A DNA stretch of 64,000 nt from an uncultured Gammaproteobacteria bacterium (GTDB lineage Bacteria; Pseudomonadota; Gammaproteobacteria; JAURND01): NCBI GenBank assembly GCA_963714975.1, contig CAVQQD010000003.1, forward strand, positions 416,001 to 480,000, read 5' to 3'. Below, in pieces: positions 1-12,083 of the stretch. The stretch's first letter is position 1. Every line of letters starts with the position of its first letter. The position numbers were made by a program, and so were the translations under genes. The notes under the pieces were generated by a model. It was not told where the DNA came from. It was given only the letters and a program-made list of their open reading frames with translations, and ran no database searches.

Positions 1-506
1 CAAACCTAGTCCGCTTGAGGCCACAAGGAAGTTTGGATTTGGAAGATGTAGTTGGGTCTTTTGTGACATCTAGCACTACGCATCCTATCTGTACAGTTAC
101 AGACCGAAATACAGACAAGCCAAAAGACGACTCCCCCACTAAGCAAAGCTTTTGTACTTATGCCGGATTGTTTTTCAGTCATCCAGCGGGTCAGCTAGCC
201 AGCTTTGCTGTTGTTGAAGGGGTTTCCTTGGGATTGGCCTATTGGATAGCCTCCTCTTTGGGGGATCTTGATAAGGTAAATGACTTTATGTCGACAACTC
301 CTTGGGAAAAAGCAGTGTCGGGGACATCGGTGTATGGGGGAGCATTCGTGCTTGCTGCTTTACTGGTCATTGGCTATCAGTATTATCAGTGCTATAAGAA
401 TAGAGCCAATAATGCAAAAGAAAGCGATATCGGTCAGACTAAGTTAAAAACCCAGGCTGATTCTCACGAAGACACGTTGCCCTTGTTGCTGGAATCAACC
501 ACCTAA
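1..506 (+). CDS. Hypothetical membrane protein, 5'-partial (runs off window start)
   Basis: Frame is open upstream of TTG15 to the window edge; two hydrophobic segments; no recognised family. Confidence 0.6.
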   Translation, partial: NLVRLRPQGSLDLEDVVGSFVTSSTTHPICTVTDRNTDKPKDDSPTKQSFCTYAGLFFSHPAGQLASFAVVEGVSLGLAYWIASSLGDLDKVNDFMSTTPWEKAVSGTSVYGGAFVLAALLVIGYQYYQCYKNRANNAKESDIGQTKLKTQADSHEDTLPLLLESTT

Positions 507-513
507 CTTTTCG

Positions 514-728
514 CATTATTCTTTCTCCCTTTGTGGGAGAAGGTGGCCCTTCGACAGGCTCAGGCCAGGCTGACGGATGAGGGGGAGGGGGCTCTTCGTC
601 ATCCCGAGCTCCCCTCCGTCATCCCGAGCGAACGCGAGGGAACTCCTGCAACTGGCATGGAGATCCCTCGTCGCAAGCTCCTCGGGATGACGAAGTGCCC
701 TTCTCCCACAAGGGGAGAAGGAATAATG
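514..728. repeat. Composite palindromic repeat (REP/MITE-like; modules A+C+B)
   Basis: Termini CATTATTCTTTCTCCC...GGGAGAAGGAATAATG are inverted repeats; contains CCCTTCGACAGGCTCAGG and GTCATCCCGAG...CTCGGGATGAC modules also found at 33164-33316. Confidence 0.85.
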
Positions 729-757
729 TCAAAGGATTATGTGGGAGCATTTAAATA

Positions 758-1681
758 ATGCCTGCTGTACAGTTATTACAAATCGCATCAGAGAATGTCG
801 ATCAGCGACTCGATAATTTTTTATTCACACGTCTTAAAGGGGCGCCTAAAAGTAGGATTTATCGGGCAATTCGGGAAGGTGAGGTCCGGGTTAATAAAAA
901 GCGGGTGCAGGTAAGTTATAAACTCCAGGCTGGGGATTCCGTGCGCATTCCTCCGCTGCGTTTAGCAAAACCCCAAGACCAAACCTTGCCTGCCGCGAGC
1001 TTAGCTAAATTATTAGAGCAATCGATTGTATACGAAGACAAGCAGCTGATTATGATCAATAAGCCTTCAGGGGTTGCTGCGCACGGAGGCAGTGGAATTC
1101 AGTTTGGGGTGATTGAGCTGATTCGTCATCTGCGTCCCAAAGAAAAATTTTTAGAATTAGTCCATCGCCTGGATCGTGATACCAGTGGTTGCCTGCTTAT
1201 TGCCAAGAAGCCAAGTATTTTAAAAGCACTTCATGCTTTATTGGTGCAAGGAGGCGTACAAAAACGTTATTTAGCTTTGGTTCAGGGAGTTTGGCAGGGA
1301 GGAGAGCGTCGGGTGCAGGCAGCACTTCGCAAAAACATTCTCCAATCAGGCGAGCGACTAGTCAAAGTGCATCGCGAAGGAAAACCTTCTGAAACCTTGT
1401 TTCGCCCCTTAGCTATTTTTTCCCAGACAACCCTGGTTGAAGCTTCCCCAAAAACAGGGCGTACCCATCAAATCCGCGTCCACGCCCAGCATATTGGACA
1501 TCCCATTTTGGGGGATGATAAATATGGCGACAAAGAAACCAGTGCACATTTTGGAGTAAAGCATTTATTATTACATGCTGCTTCATTGCAATTTCAATTA
1601 CCTGAAACGGGGCTAATTGCTATTGGCGCTTGCTTAGATGCGCATTTTTTGGAAATGCTGCAGAATCCAAATCTCCGGTAA
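758..1681 (+). CDS. rluC: 23S rRNA pseudouridine synthase RluC
   Basis: S4 domain (QRLDNFL...SRIYRAIREGEVRVN), NKPSG..HGGSG, HRLDRDTSG catalytic motif, TGRTHQIRVH. Confidence 0.93.
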   Translation: MPAVQLLQIASENVDQRLDNFLFTRLKGAPKSRIYRAIREGEVRVNKKRVQVSYKLQAGDSVRIPPLRLAKPQDQTLPAASLAKLLEQSIVYEDKQLIMINKPSGVAAHGGSGIQFGVIELIRHLRPKEKFLELVHRLDRDTSGCLLIAKKPSILKALHALLVQGGVQKRYLALVQGVWQGGERRVQAALRKNILQSGERLVKVHREGKPSETLFRPLAIFSQTTLVEASPKTGRTHQIRVHAQHIGHPILGDDKYGDKETSAHFGVKHLLLHAASLQFQLPETGLIAIGACLDAHFLEMLQNPNLR

Positions 1682-2320
1682 GTCGGGAAAGGAGAAATTA
1701 CCGCTTTGGTCAGCGGATCTGCCATTTATACAATAAAGATCGCAATTACAAAAGCTGTTACTAGTAAGTGGAATGCAATTGTGCAAGAATGTTCCGGGAA
1801 AATTGATTCCCTAATTGAGCTGTTACAGGGAAAGTTTTCAAAAGCGGTCATGCAAGTTATTACTAATCCTGAAAAGGGATTATTTCCGCATCCTAATGAA
1901 ATCAAGCTCAGTTGTTCTTGTCCCGACTGGGCGGATATGTGTAAGCATGTTGCGGCTGTACTTTATGGGGTTGGTGCTCGCCTTGACATCAGACCGGAAG
2001 AATTGTTTATATTGCGCCAGGTGGATCATCTTGAATTAATTGCTCAGGCAGGGAGCGTTTCACTCACCCAGTCATTGGCTGATCCAAGTGATCAAACTCT
2101 CGATGGCAGTGATCTTTCGTCGTTGTTTGGCATTGAGATGGGTGATTCCTCTGAAAAGAGTAAGCCGAAACAGAAAAAACCGGCAAGAAAATCAAATAAG
2201 GCAATTAAGATTAAAGCCATCAAGGTTAAAGCGGCCAAGGCTAAAGTGACGTGATTGGCTAAATCCAAGGTTGCCAAAGTAACCAAGATTAAAGCGTCGA
2301 CCAGCAAGAGAAAGAGATAA
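1682..2320 (+). pseudogene. SWIM zinc-finger protein remnant (5' truncated; in-frame TGA at 2252-2254)
   Basis: CSCPDWADMCKHVAAVLYGVGARLD SWIM motif; homologous-looking VGKGEITALVSGS starts right after the rluC stop with no real start; K/A-rich tail continues in frame past TGA (LAKSKVAKVTKIKASTSKRKR*). Confidence 0.7.
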
Positions 2321-5173
<2,853 letters not shown>

Positions 5174-5181
<8 letters not shown>

Positions 5182-5374
5182 AGTGCAATTTAATGGCGAG
5201 AAGAAACATCTTCCAGAAGACACGCTTTTATCCGCCTTCTTACCGCCAAATCATCCAGAGATCAGGTTTGCTGTGGCGATAAACAGTCGCTTTGTTCCTC
5301 CTGCCCACTATACCAGTACCTATTTAAAGCAGGGGGACATCATTACCTTAGTAGCTCCTATGTCGGGAGGTTAA
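5174..5374 (+). CDS. thiS: Sulfur carrier protein ThiS
   Basis: 66 aa, FAVAINSRFVP, C-terminal GG. Confidence 0.93.
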
Positions 5375-6160
5375 ATGGTTTGGTTATTAGCAGATGCAAA
5401 AATTAAGAGCCGTTTATTGTTAGGCACTGCGCAATATTCTGCATTACAGACGATGCAGGATTCAATTCAGGAGTCGGGAGCTTCAGTAATCACTGTTTCC
5501 TTGCGTCGGCAAAGTTTGAATGAAAAAAGTGCGAATGTATTTTGGCAAGCCATTAAAAATCTTGGTTGTACTATTTTGCCCAATACCGCAGGTTGTCGCA
5601 GTGTGCAGGATGCAGTCACCATGGCGGAAATGGCACGCGAAGTTTTTAATACCTCCTGGATTAAATTAGAAGTGGTGGGCGACGACTTCAACTTACAGCC
5701 GGATATTTTTCAGTTAGTAGAGGCAGCAAAAATATTGATCAAGAAAGGCTTTGAGGTATTCCCTTACTGCACGGAAGACTTGATTTTATGCCAGCGTCTG
5801 GTGGATGTGGGCTGCCGCATCTTAATGCCCTGGGCGGCGCCGATTGGTTCGGGCCGTGGATTATTAAACTCCTATGCTTTAGAGGTTTTAAGAGCACGTT
5901 TTCCAGAGATCACGTTAATTATTGATGCGGGCATTGGAAAACCTTCCCATGCCGTGCAAGCAATGGAACTGGGCTATGACGGTCTTTTATTGAACACGGC
6001 GATCGCATTGGCCAGGAACCCAATATTGATGGCAAGCGCTTTTAAGGAAGCGGTACGAGCAGGCCGTTCTGCTTATGAGGCGGGCTTAATCGTCGAAAGA
6101 AATTGTGCACAGCCCAGCACGGTGTTATTAGATACCCCTTTTTGGCATCAAGATGCTTAG
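5375..6160 (+). CDS. thiG: Thiazole synthase ThiG
   Basis: [40 protein letters not shown]. Confidence 0.96.
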   Translation: MVWLLADAKIKSRLLLGTAQYSALQTMQDSIQESGASVITVSLRRQSLNEKSANVFWQAIKNLGCTILPNTAGCRSVQDAVTMAEMAREVFNTSWIKLEVVGDDFNLQPDIFQLVEAAKILIKKGFEVFPYCTEDLILCQRLVDVGCRILMPWAAPIGSGRGLLNSYALEVLRARFPEITLIIDAGIGKPSHAVQAMELGYDGLLLNTAIALARNPILMASAFKEAVRAGRSAYEAGLIVERNCAQPSTVLLDTPFWHQDA

Positions 6161-6161
6161 T

Positions 6162-6296
6162 CATTATTCCTTCTCTCCTTGTGGGAGAAGGTGCCGAAGG
6201 CGGATGAGGGGTAAGTTTGAAATAGCTCAAAGCCAGAAAGTACTCCCCTCATCCGGCCTACGGCCACCTTCTCCCACAAGGGGAGAAGGAGTAATG
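6162..6296. repeat. Inverted pair of family-A repeats
   Basis: CATTATTCCTTCTCTCCTTGTGGGAGAAGGTG...CACCTTCTCCCACAAGGGGAGAAGGAGTAATG; termini nearly the same as 514-728. Confidence 0.85.
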
Positions 6297-6306
6297 CGAG
6301 ACACTT

Positions 6307-7788
6307 ATGACTAAAGCAGTAGTTTGGACAATGGCAGGTTCTGATTCCGGCGGGGGTGCTGGCATTCAAGCCGATTTACACGTGATGCAAGGCATGGGAG
6401 TCCACGGTTGTTCCGTGATTACTGCGGTGACTGCGCAGAACACTCATGCCGTCAAAGAGATTCACTGGGTGCCAGCAGCGCATGTAGCAGCGCAAATTCA
6501 AGCTTTGCGGGAAGACCTTGCTCCCCAAGCGATTAAGTTAGGCATGTTGGGTGATGTTGCTGCTGTTGCGGTCATTAGCGATTTTCTTAAGCAGTATTCA
6601 GGTAAAGTCGTGCTCGATCCAGTGATGATTGCGGGCTGTGGGGATCATTTATTTGCCGATGATGTAGCGGATCGCATTGCTTTATTACAGCACATTTTTC
6701 CTGTAGTGGATGTGATCACTCCCAATTTGCAGGAAGCAGCCCGCCTGGTTGGATTTGCTCTAACTTCTCATCAAGCAATAGCGCAAGCGGCAACGCAACT
6801 GTTAGCTATGGGGTCTAAAAGTGTGTTAATTAAGGGGGGCCATGTTGCAGATGAGCAGTGGAGTCAAGATTATTGGACCAATGGCACTGAGGCATTTTGG
6901 CTCGCGTCGCCAAGAATAGCTTCTGCGGGGTTTCATGGGGCGGGTTGTACCTTATCCTCTGCCATTGCCTCGGCATTAGGTCTGGGGTATGGACTCAAAG
7001 AGGCCTTAGTGATTGGTAAGATGGTTGTCAATCGTGGGCTGCGGCTGGCTGCGAAACAGGGGGCGGGTTTAATGCCAGTTGCGCATGGGGGTTGGCCAGA
7101 AGCTGCAGAAGATTTTCCTCAGGTTGCTGTCCATCCGCTTCAGGACACTGCAGTGCATTTTCCTAGTTGTGATCGAAATCTAGGATTATACCCCTTGGTA
7201 GATCGGTCTGCGTGGTTAGAAACCTTATTACCGTTGGGTGTTAAAACCATTCAACTCCGGATAAAAGATTTAACTGAAAGCGAATTAGCAGCAGAAATTA
7301 AGCGCGCGGTTTTTCTCTCCAAGCAATTTCTTGGCGTGCGCTTATTTATTAATGATCACTGGGAGCTGGCAATAAAATATGGCGCCTACGGGGTGCATCT
7401 GGGCCAAACGGATTTAAGTGCAGAGGCGATCACGAAAATTCGCCAAGCTGGATTGCGTTTAGGGGTGAGTACTCATAATTATTATGAATTAGCCATAGCC
7501 CAAGCGCTTCATCCTTCCTATATTGCTGTCGGTCCTATTTTTGCCACCAGCAGCAAACAATTTTCCGATGCCCCACTGGGTATTGAAACTTTACAGCGTT
7601 GGCGCAAGCTAGTGCGATGGCCATTAGTCGCTATTGGCGGCATTGGCAGGGAACAAGTTCCTGAACTATTGGCGGCAGGTGCAGATGGGGTTGCCGTCAT
7701 TGCCGCTATTGTGAAAACAGAAAATCCTAACTTAGCGACTGAGGAATTGCTTGGACAAGTGCAGAAGGTGGCCGTGGGCTCGAACTAG
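6307..7788 (+). CDS. thiDE: Bifunctional HMP/HMP-P kinase-thiamine phosphate synthase (ThiD-ThiE fusion)
   Basis: AGSDSGGGAGIQAD and HGAGCTLSSAIA (ThiD); QLRIKD, FINDHW, GVHLGQ, PLVAIGGI (ThiE). Confidence 0.92.
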   Translation: MTKAVVWTMAGSDSGGGAGIQADLHVMQGMGVHGCSVITAVTAQNTHAVKEIHWVPAAHVAAQIQALREDLAPQAIKLGMLGDVAAVAVISDFLKQYSGKVVLDPVMIAGCGDHLFADDVADRIALLQHIFPVVDVITPNLQEAARLVGFALTSHQAIAQAATQLLAMGSKSVLIKGGHVADEQWSQDYWTNGTEAFWLASPRIASAGFHGAGCTLSSAIASALGLGYGLKEALVIGKMVVNRGLRLAAKQGAGLMPVAHGGWPEAAEDFPQVAVHPLQDTAVHFPSCDRNLGLYPLVDRSAWLETLLPLGVKTIQLRIKDLTESELAAEIKRAVFLSKQFLGVRLFINDHWELAIKYGAYGVHLGQTDLSAEAITKIRQAGLRLGVSTHNYYELAIAQALHPSYIAVGPIFATSSKQFSDAPLGIETLQRWRKLVRWPLVAIGGIGREQVPELLAAGADGVAVIAAIVKTENPNLATEELLGQVQKVAVGSN

Positions 7789-7843
7789 AATCCCCTTTCC
7801 CTAACTATCTCCCACATTCCCTCGCTGCCGGTCAGGCTAAGTT

Positions 7844-7892
7844 CCCTCTCCCCCAACCGTTTTTGTTGGTGGGAGAGGGTTAGGGAGAGGGG
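7844..7892. repeat. Family-A repeat variant
   Basis: CCCTCTCCCCCAACCGTTTTTGTTGGTGGGAGAGGGTTAGGGAGAGGGG, near-identical to 42926-42975. Confidence 0.85.
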
Positions 7893-7922
7893 TCAAAAAA
7901 AGGGGAGAAGAGAACTTTGAGC

Positions 7923-8444
7923 TTAAATTTGTCCTATTTGTATTTGTCCTGACTCTACTACTGCGACTGAATCATCGATTGTTGATTTATCTTTAGCAGT
8001 CATTTTCCCTGCTTTATAACAACCATACGCTGCACCCATCAGTGCTCCGACTAAAATACAGCCGGCCAGAATAAGGAGAATCTCAGGAAGATGTTCTTCC
8101 CCGACATTTTTAGATAAGAACAGAATGGGTGCACTTGCAAACATTCCCGCAAATCCCCCTAAGAAAGTATATCCATGAAAAGCACCCACTGCTTCGTCAC
8201 GTTTTTTTTGTGGAAGATCTTTTTCCAAGTGGTCATCCAATACTTTTCCCGCTGCGGCGGCAGCTAATACACCCATTAAGAAAGCGCCAAAAACTATAGT
8301 TGTTAAAAGAACCATTTCGTCAAAGTAAGCTAATTGACGTGCGCTTACGATAGCGCAAGCACACATTCCAAATACTGCCATGCCAACCACATGTCCCTTT
8401 CCTACATGAGAAAAGAAATTGTCAAATTTATCTTCGCTGCTCAT
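7923..8444 (-). CDS. Hypothetical 4-TM membrane protein
   Basis: 173-aa ORF with GAGG SD and four hydrophobic segments; no family recognised. Confidence 0.7.
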   Translation of the reverse strand: MSSEDKFDNFFSHVGKGHVVGMAVFGMCACAIVSARQLAYFDEMVLLTTIVFGAFLMGVLAAAAAGKVLDDHLEKDLPQKKRDEAVGAFHGYTFLGGFAGMFASAPILFLSKNVGEEHLPEILLILAGCILVGALMGAAYGCYKAGKMTAKDKSTIDDSVAVVESGQIQIGQI

Positions 8445-8551
8445 TATAATTCCTCGTCTAAGGTTAAAGAATTATCTTTTATAGACAATAGTAGTCAATT
8501 TGTCAATTAACTTCAGTAATTCCAGCGCGTAAGCTTTTTTTAAGAAAAAGT

Positions 8552-8580
8552 TTGCATTTAACCAAAAGCCGTTGAATAAT
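8552..8580 (+). promoter_or_regulatory. Putative sigma70 promoter of the module
   Basis: TTGCAT-17 bp-AATAAT, identical in copy 2. Confidence 0.45.
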
Positions 8581-8584
8581 ACTG

Positions 8585-8695
8585 AAACCTCAGATGCTCA
8601 CGCACCTGAGGCCGCGCCCTACAGATGCTTCGAACCATCTGCGAGGGTACTTCCATAACCCCAACCTTTAACGGAGGTCGGCAATCGTGGCTCAT
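8585..8695 (-). ncRNA. Putative cis-antisense sRNA covering the SD and start of the leader ORF
   Basis: Minus-strand TTTACG-16 bp-TAAGCT (8725-8698) conserved in both copies; region has three hairpins and ends in hairpin CCTCAGGTGC..GCATCTGAGG followed by TTT. Confidence 0.4.
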
Positions 8696-8908
8696 GCAGC
8701 TTACTTCATTACGCGTTGGCGTAAAACTCTTTTTTGTAGGTTTGTCACATTTTTTTACCTGCTGTTATTTAGGCGGTTTTGCTGCGCCTGGATAAACAGG
8801 CTTTTACCTTGCATACACTCCTCTTGTGTCCGCACTGTGTTATGGAACTGGGTAGGAGCTGGCGGGTTTTTTGGTGGCATTCTTTCATTACCAGAGGGTA
8901 GGCAGTAG
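8687..8908 (+). CDS. 73-aa hydrophobic leader peptide (unknown family)
   Basis: GGAGGT SD 8 nt upstream; start is GTG here and ATG at the same position in copy 2; the visible indel between copies is 3 nt. Confidence 0.55.
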   Translation: MAHAAYFITRWRKTLFCRFVTFFYLLLFRRFCCAWINRLLPCIHSSCVRTVLWNWVGAGGFFGGILSLPEGRQ

Positions 8909-8990
8909 CAGAGGAGTTTAGGTGTGGCGAAAAGCACCCTTCTCTGCTCTTCGCCATTACCTACTAAACCTCTACACTGCCTACATTTTT
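8898..8990 (+). terminator. Long imperfect hairpin followed by T-run (attenuator/terminator-like)
   Basis: GTAGGCAGT/ACTGCCTAC, AGAGG/CCTCT, GTTTA/TAAAC, TGGCGAA/TTCGCCA arms, then ATTTTT. Confidence 0.5.
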
Positions 8991-9048
8991 CATGTTGATT
9001 ACACAGCACTTTCAGAAAATCAAATTCAATCATTTCTCGGAGAATTTT

Positions 9049-9471
9049 ATGACACAACAATCACAACACATTCCTGTCGCACGTATTTTAGTAACCGAAG
9101 ACAATCGCATGGCCGCAAAAGCCGCGCAAGGTTTGTTCAAAGATAAAAATTGCCACGTTGATGTAGAAGGTTCTGCCACAGCAACGCTCGAACATTTACA
9201 GGATCACTACGATTTGCTGGTGATCGACTTAGGCCTCCCGGATTTCAGCGGCCTCATTCTCGCGGAGAAAATTCGCAATTCTGGCGCCGCACTTGCAGCA
9301 GCCCCGATTGTGATTTTAACCGCCCATGGAGATGAAACGCATAAGGCGCAAGCCAAAAAGTTGGGATTAAATGGTTTTTTGCAGAAACCCTTAACCTCTG
9401 CGTTATGTGATCGATTGCTGTGGCGTTTTGTGCGTATGCCTGTCGATAATAATTATTTTCTTGAGAATTAA
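9049..9471 (+). CDS. Single-domain response regulator (CheY-like receiver)
   Basis: ILVTEDN, DLLVIDLGLPDFSG (phospho-Asp), IVILTA, FLQKP; GGAG SD before ATG9049. Confidence 0.88.
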   Translation: MTQQSQHIPVARILVTEDNRMAAKAAQGLFKDKNCHVDVEGSATATLEHLQDHYDLLVIDLGLPDFSGLILAEKIRNSGAALAAAPIVILTAHGDETHKAQAKKLGLNGFLQKPLTSALCDRLLWRFVRMPVDNNYFLEN

Positions 9472-10043
9472 TCGTACTGGCTTGGTAACTACGGTATTGT
9501 TATTTATTGTTGTAGGCTAGACTAGCCCTCTTTTTTAAAGAGGGCTAATCATGGAAAAAATATATTCCCTGCATGACCGATTTTTCCGCGCAGCGATGAG
9601 CGAGCCGCGTGTGGCGAAGGCGTTTTTCGAACATCATTTACCAGAAGAAATTCTCAAAATAATCGATCTCGACACCTTGCGTTTAGAAAAAGAAATTTAT
9701 GTGAACTCAAAGCTAAAGCTAGTGATGACAGATATAGTATTTTCAGTAAATTATGCAAAAAATCCCGGCCTTTTGTATTTGTTGCCGGAACACCGCAGTA
9801 GCTTTACGCGTTGGCAAGCATTTATTTTATTGGTTTATATGGTTATGATTCTGGATTATCATCATAAAAAATTTAAGAACCAGAAGCATTTGCCTTTAAT
9901 TTATCCCATAGTTTTCTATCACGGTGGAGTTATCTATCCTGGCTCAACAGATTTATCAAATTTATTTCAGGATTCCCAAGGAATAATGCCACCCATATCC
10001 TGTCAACCATTTCAGCTGATTGATTTGAATACCATTCCAGATC

Positions 10044-11593
10044 CAATGGCACTACCTTAAGCCACAGAATATTTTAAAATCCTTTTATTTATTTTACGTA
10101 GCAATTTTTCTTTTTCGATTGCTCTGTTTCTCTTCAAGGCTGGAAATGGTTTCGGTCTTTGCTTGACTAGCCTGGGCTCCACCCTATCTGGTCTATTTCC
10201 AACTTTGTTTTGCACAATTAATTTTAACATCTCAATATACATTTTATGGTTGCTCACCTGATTTGAGCTTATAAAATAAGGAATAAATTCATTTAGTAGC
10301 TGCACACTTCCCTTAAAGCTTATTTCCCATGGATTAACGCCATACTCATAACAAGCTTTTGCTATAATTATTCTGATAAAATTATATGCTAATAAATGAA
10401 TTCCTATTTCTTTTCTAACCATTTCTGGTGTTTTGCACGATAACATATCCATATTCATGATACTTTTAATACTTCGCAAATTAAGCTCCACCTCCTACCT
10501 TCGCTTATATATTTGGGCAAGCTCTGCTTTGTGGTATTTTTTGTCTAAAAATGTTGTAACGTATATGTGGCCTGATACTTTAAATTCCCGTATGGAAATT
10601 TGATCGGGGTATGCCTCATATTGCTTTTGTGTCATCCATTCCGGTTTCTGTGGTTTCTCCCAGTTGACAATGTGATCATTTTTACCCAATTTTTGTCCCA
10701 TTCTAAAATCATAATTCCTTTGACTTTGTCCGCGAAAAACACCATCAGCTCCTATTTTTTTTAAGTCCGCCATAAGAAAAAAATTGGGGTAATAACGGTC
10801 ACCCAGCACAATATCGTCGGCTTTAATGCAGTTTATAATTTCTCTTAATAATGAGATTTCTCCTGTGCCCTTTCCTTTGTGAGCCCCTATTGCATAATCT
10901 ATTACGGTTCCCCGCGTCAGTGACATAACGGCTACTATTCGCGCCATAGGAAATCCAGCCCCTTTTTTCTGATTACCATGCTGAGGAAATTTTTTTTGAT
11001 TAGCTTTTGTATCCGACATTTTGACGGTAGATCCATCAAATGCTTTTAATTCTCGGCCATAGACTTTCCATCTCATTGGAATAGATTTCAAAGGGAAAGC
11101 TCCAGATTCTTTAACTAATGCCTTCACAGTATCTTCAGGCAATCGCTTTCTGGCCTTACAATAGGGGCCAGTATTTGAGCTTATTTTATTCTGCTTCTTT
11201 TTTTTACTATGCAGCTGCTCCACAACAACACCAGCAACCGCTTTTTTGCAGGATTTATCTGGATTTAAAACTTGTTTAATAAACGTAAATAAGGTTTTGG
11301 TGGGGCTATATATCCGGTCACGATATTCCCGGCACTCTCTAAGTATCTTCTGACATTTTTCTGAATTCAATAGGTTTAACAGGAAAATGTCTGGTGCACC
11401 ATCAGCCAATTCTTGTCTTTTATTTTTAACTTGCTTAATTTTATTTTTCTTTTTAAAATTCACAGATCAGTTTCCTTTTTTTATTATTGTGTGTTTGCTA
11501 CAACAATAATATTAAATTTGGAAACTGATTTCATCTTTTTTCATCTAAATCATAGGCTTATATTCATCTTTGCTCCTTAAGGTAGTGCCATTG
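10044..11593 (-). mobile_element. IS4-family insertion sequence (1550 bp)
   Basis: Perfect 18-bp IRs CAATGGCACTACCTTAAG (10044-10061, 11576-11593); 11-bp TSD CATTCCAGATC (10033-10043, 11594-11604). Confidence 0.95.
10057..11463 (-). pseudogene. IS4 transposase with in-frame TAG
   Basis: DGS, LGDRYY and YKRR*EVELNLRSIK (YREK signature; the usual Trp reads TAG at 10495-10497). Confidence 0.88.
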
Positions 11594-11849
11594 CATTCCA
11601 GATCAAGCTTTGAAAAAGGATGATTGGTTAAGTATAATGCACATTACTATGAAGTATATTCGAGCACCAGATATGTTGCCCCATCTGGCGGGCTTGGCAA
11701 ATGCCTGGAGAATAGTGGATCAGGCAGGTGGGCATGATTATTTAGAAGCAGTCTTTACTTATATTCTTGACCAAGCTGAAATAAGTAATCTCGATAAATT
11801 ATTTGAGCTCATACAAGAAAGTTTATCTAATAACTCACAGGAGAACGTT

Positions 11850-12083
11850 ATGACCATTGCACAACAATTAATAGAACGAGGGCGCCAAGAAGCTATGACC
11901 ATTGCACAACAATTAATAGAACGAGGGCGCCAAGAAGGGCGACAACAGGGTCAGTTTGAAACGGCGGAAGCAATAGCCAAAAGACTTTTACAAACAGATT
12001 TTTCTATTGAGCAAGTAGCCCGATTTACCACGCTGCCGCCAGAAATAGTGGCTAAGCTAGAGCAAGAGCAGACGGTTACCTAG
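11850..12083 (+). CDS. Putative internal small protein RpnS (C-terminal antitoxin module)
   Basis: AGGAG (11839-11843) just upstream of in-frame ATG of MTIAQQL; 45-bp tandem duplication at 11849-11938. Confidence 0.55.
   Translation: MTIAQQLIERGRQEAMTIAQQLIERGRQEGRQQGQFETAEAIAKRLLQTDFSIEQVARFTTLPPEIVAKLEQEQTVT

Larger units (their letters stand above)
8530..9225 (+). repeat. Duplicated leader/receiver module, copy 1
   Basis: Aligns by eye with 55011->54285 (minus strand) at high identity along its whole length. Confidence 0.95.
9551..12083 (+). pseudogene. Rpn-family (YhgA-like) recombination-promoting nuclease, interrupted by IS4
   Basis: HDRFFR, TDIVFSV, EHRS, LPLIYPIVFYHG, FQLIDL, MTIAQQL; removing the IS and one TSD rejoins 9551-10043 and 11605-12083 into a 323-aa frame. 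Confidence 0.9.

Noticed and set aside
531-758. 75-aa ORF (and similar ORFs at 33090-33275, 6042-6230, 6157-6369, 49675-49984)
   Set aside because: Translations of palindromic repeats; their mutual similarity is explained by the DNA repeat
2252-2254. Selenocysteine or recoded TGA in the SWIM gene
   Set aside because: It lies in a low-complexity Lys/Ala tail with no SECIS-like hairpin, and the gene is already 5' truncated
8585-8990. Retron msr-msd or DGR-type RNA
   Set aside because: No reverse transcriptase in the window and no variable-repeat/template-repeat pattern
8755-9060. Minus-strand ORFs across the duplicated module (also 54450-54773)
   Set aside because: Frames differ between the copies, and the only SD-preceded ATG (MQGKSL) is ATA in copy 2
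10492-10497. Programmed read-through or a two-gene transposase in the IS4
   Set aside because: The TAG replaces the conserved Trp of the YREK region; a nonsense mutation is simpler
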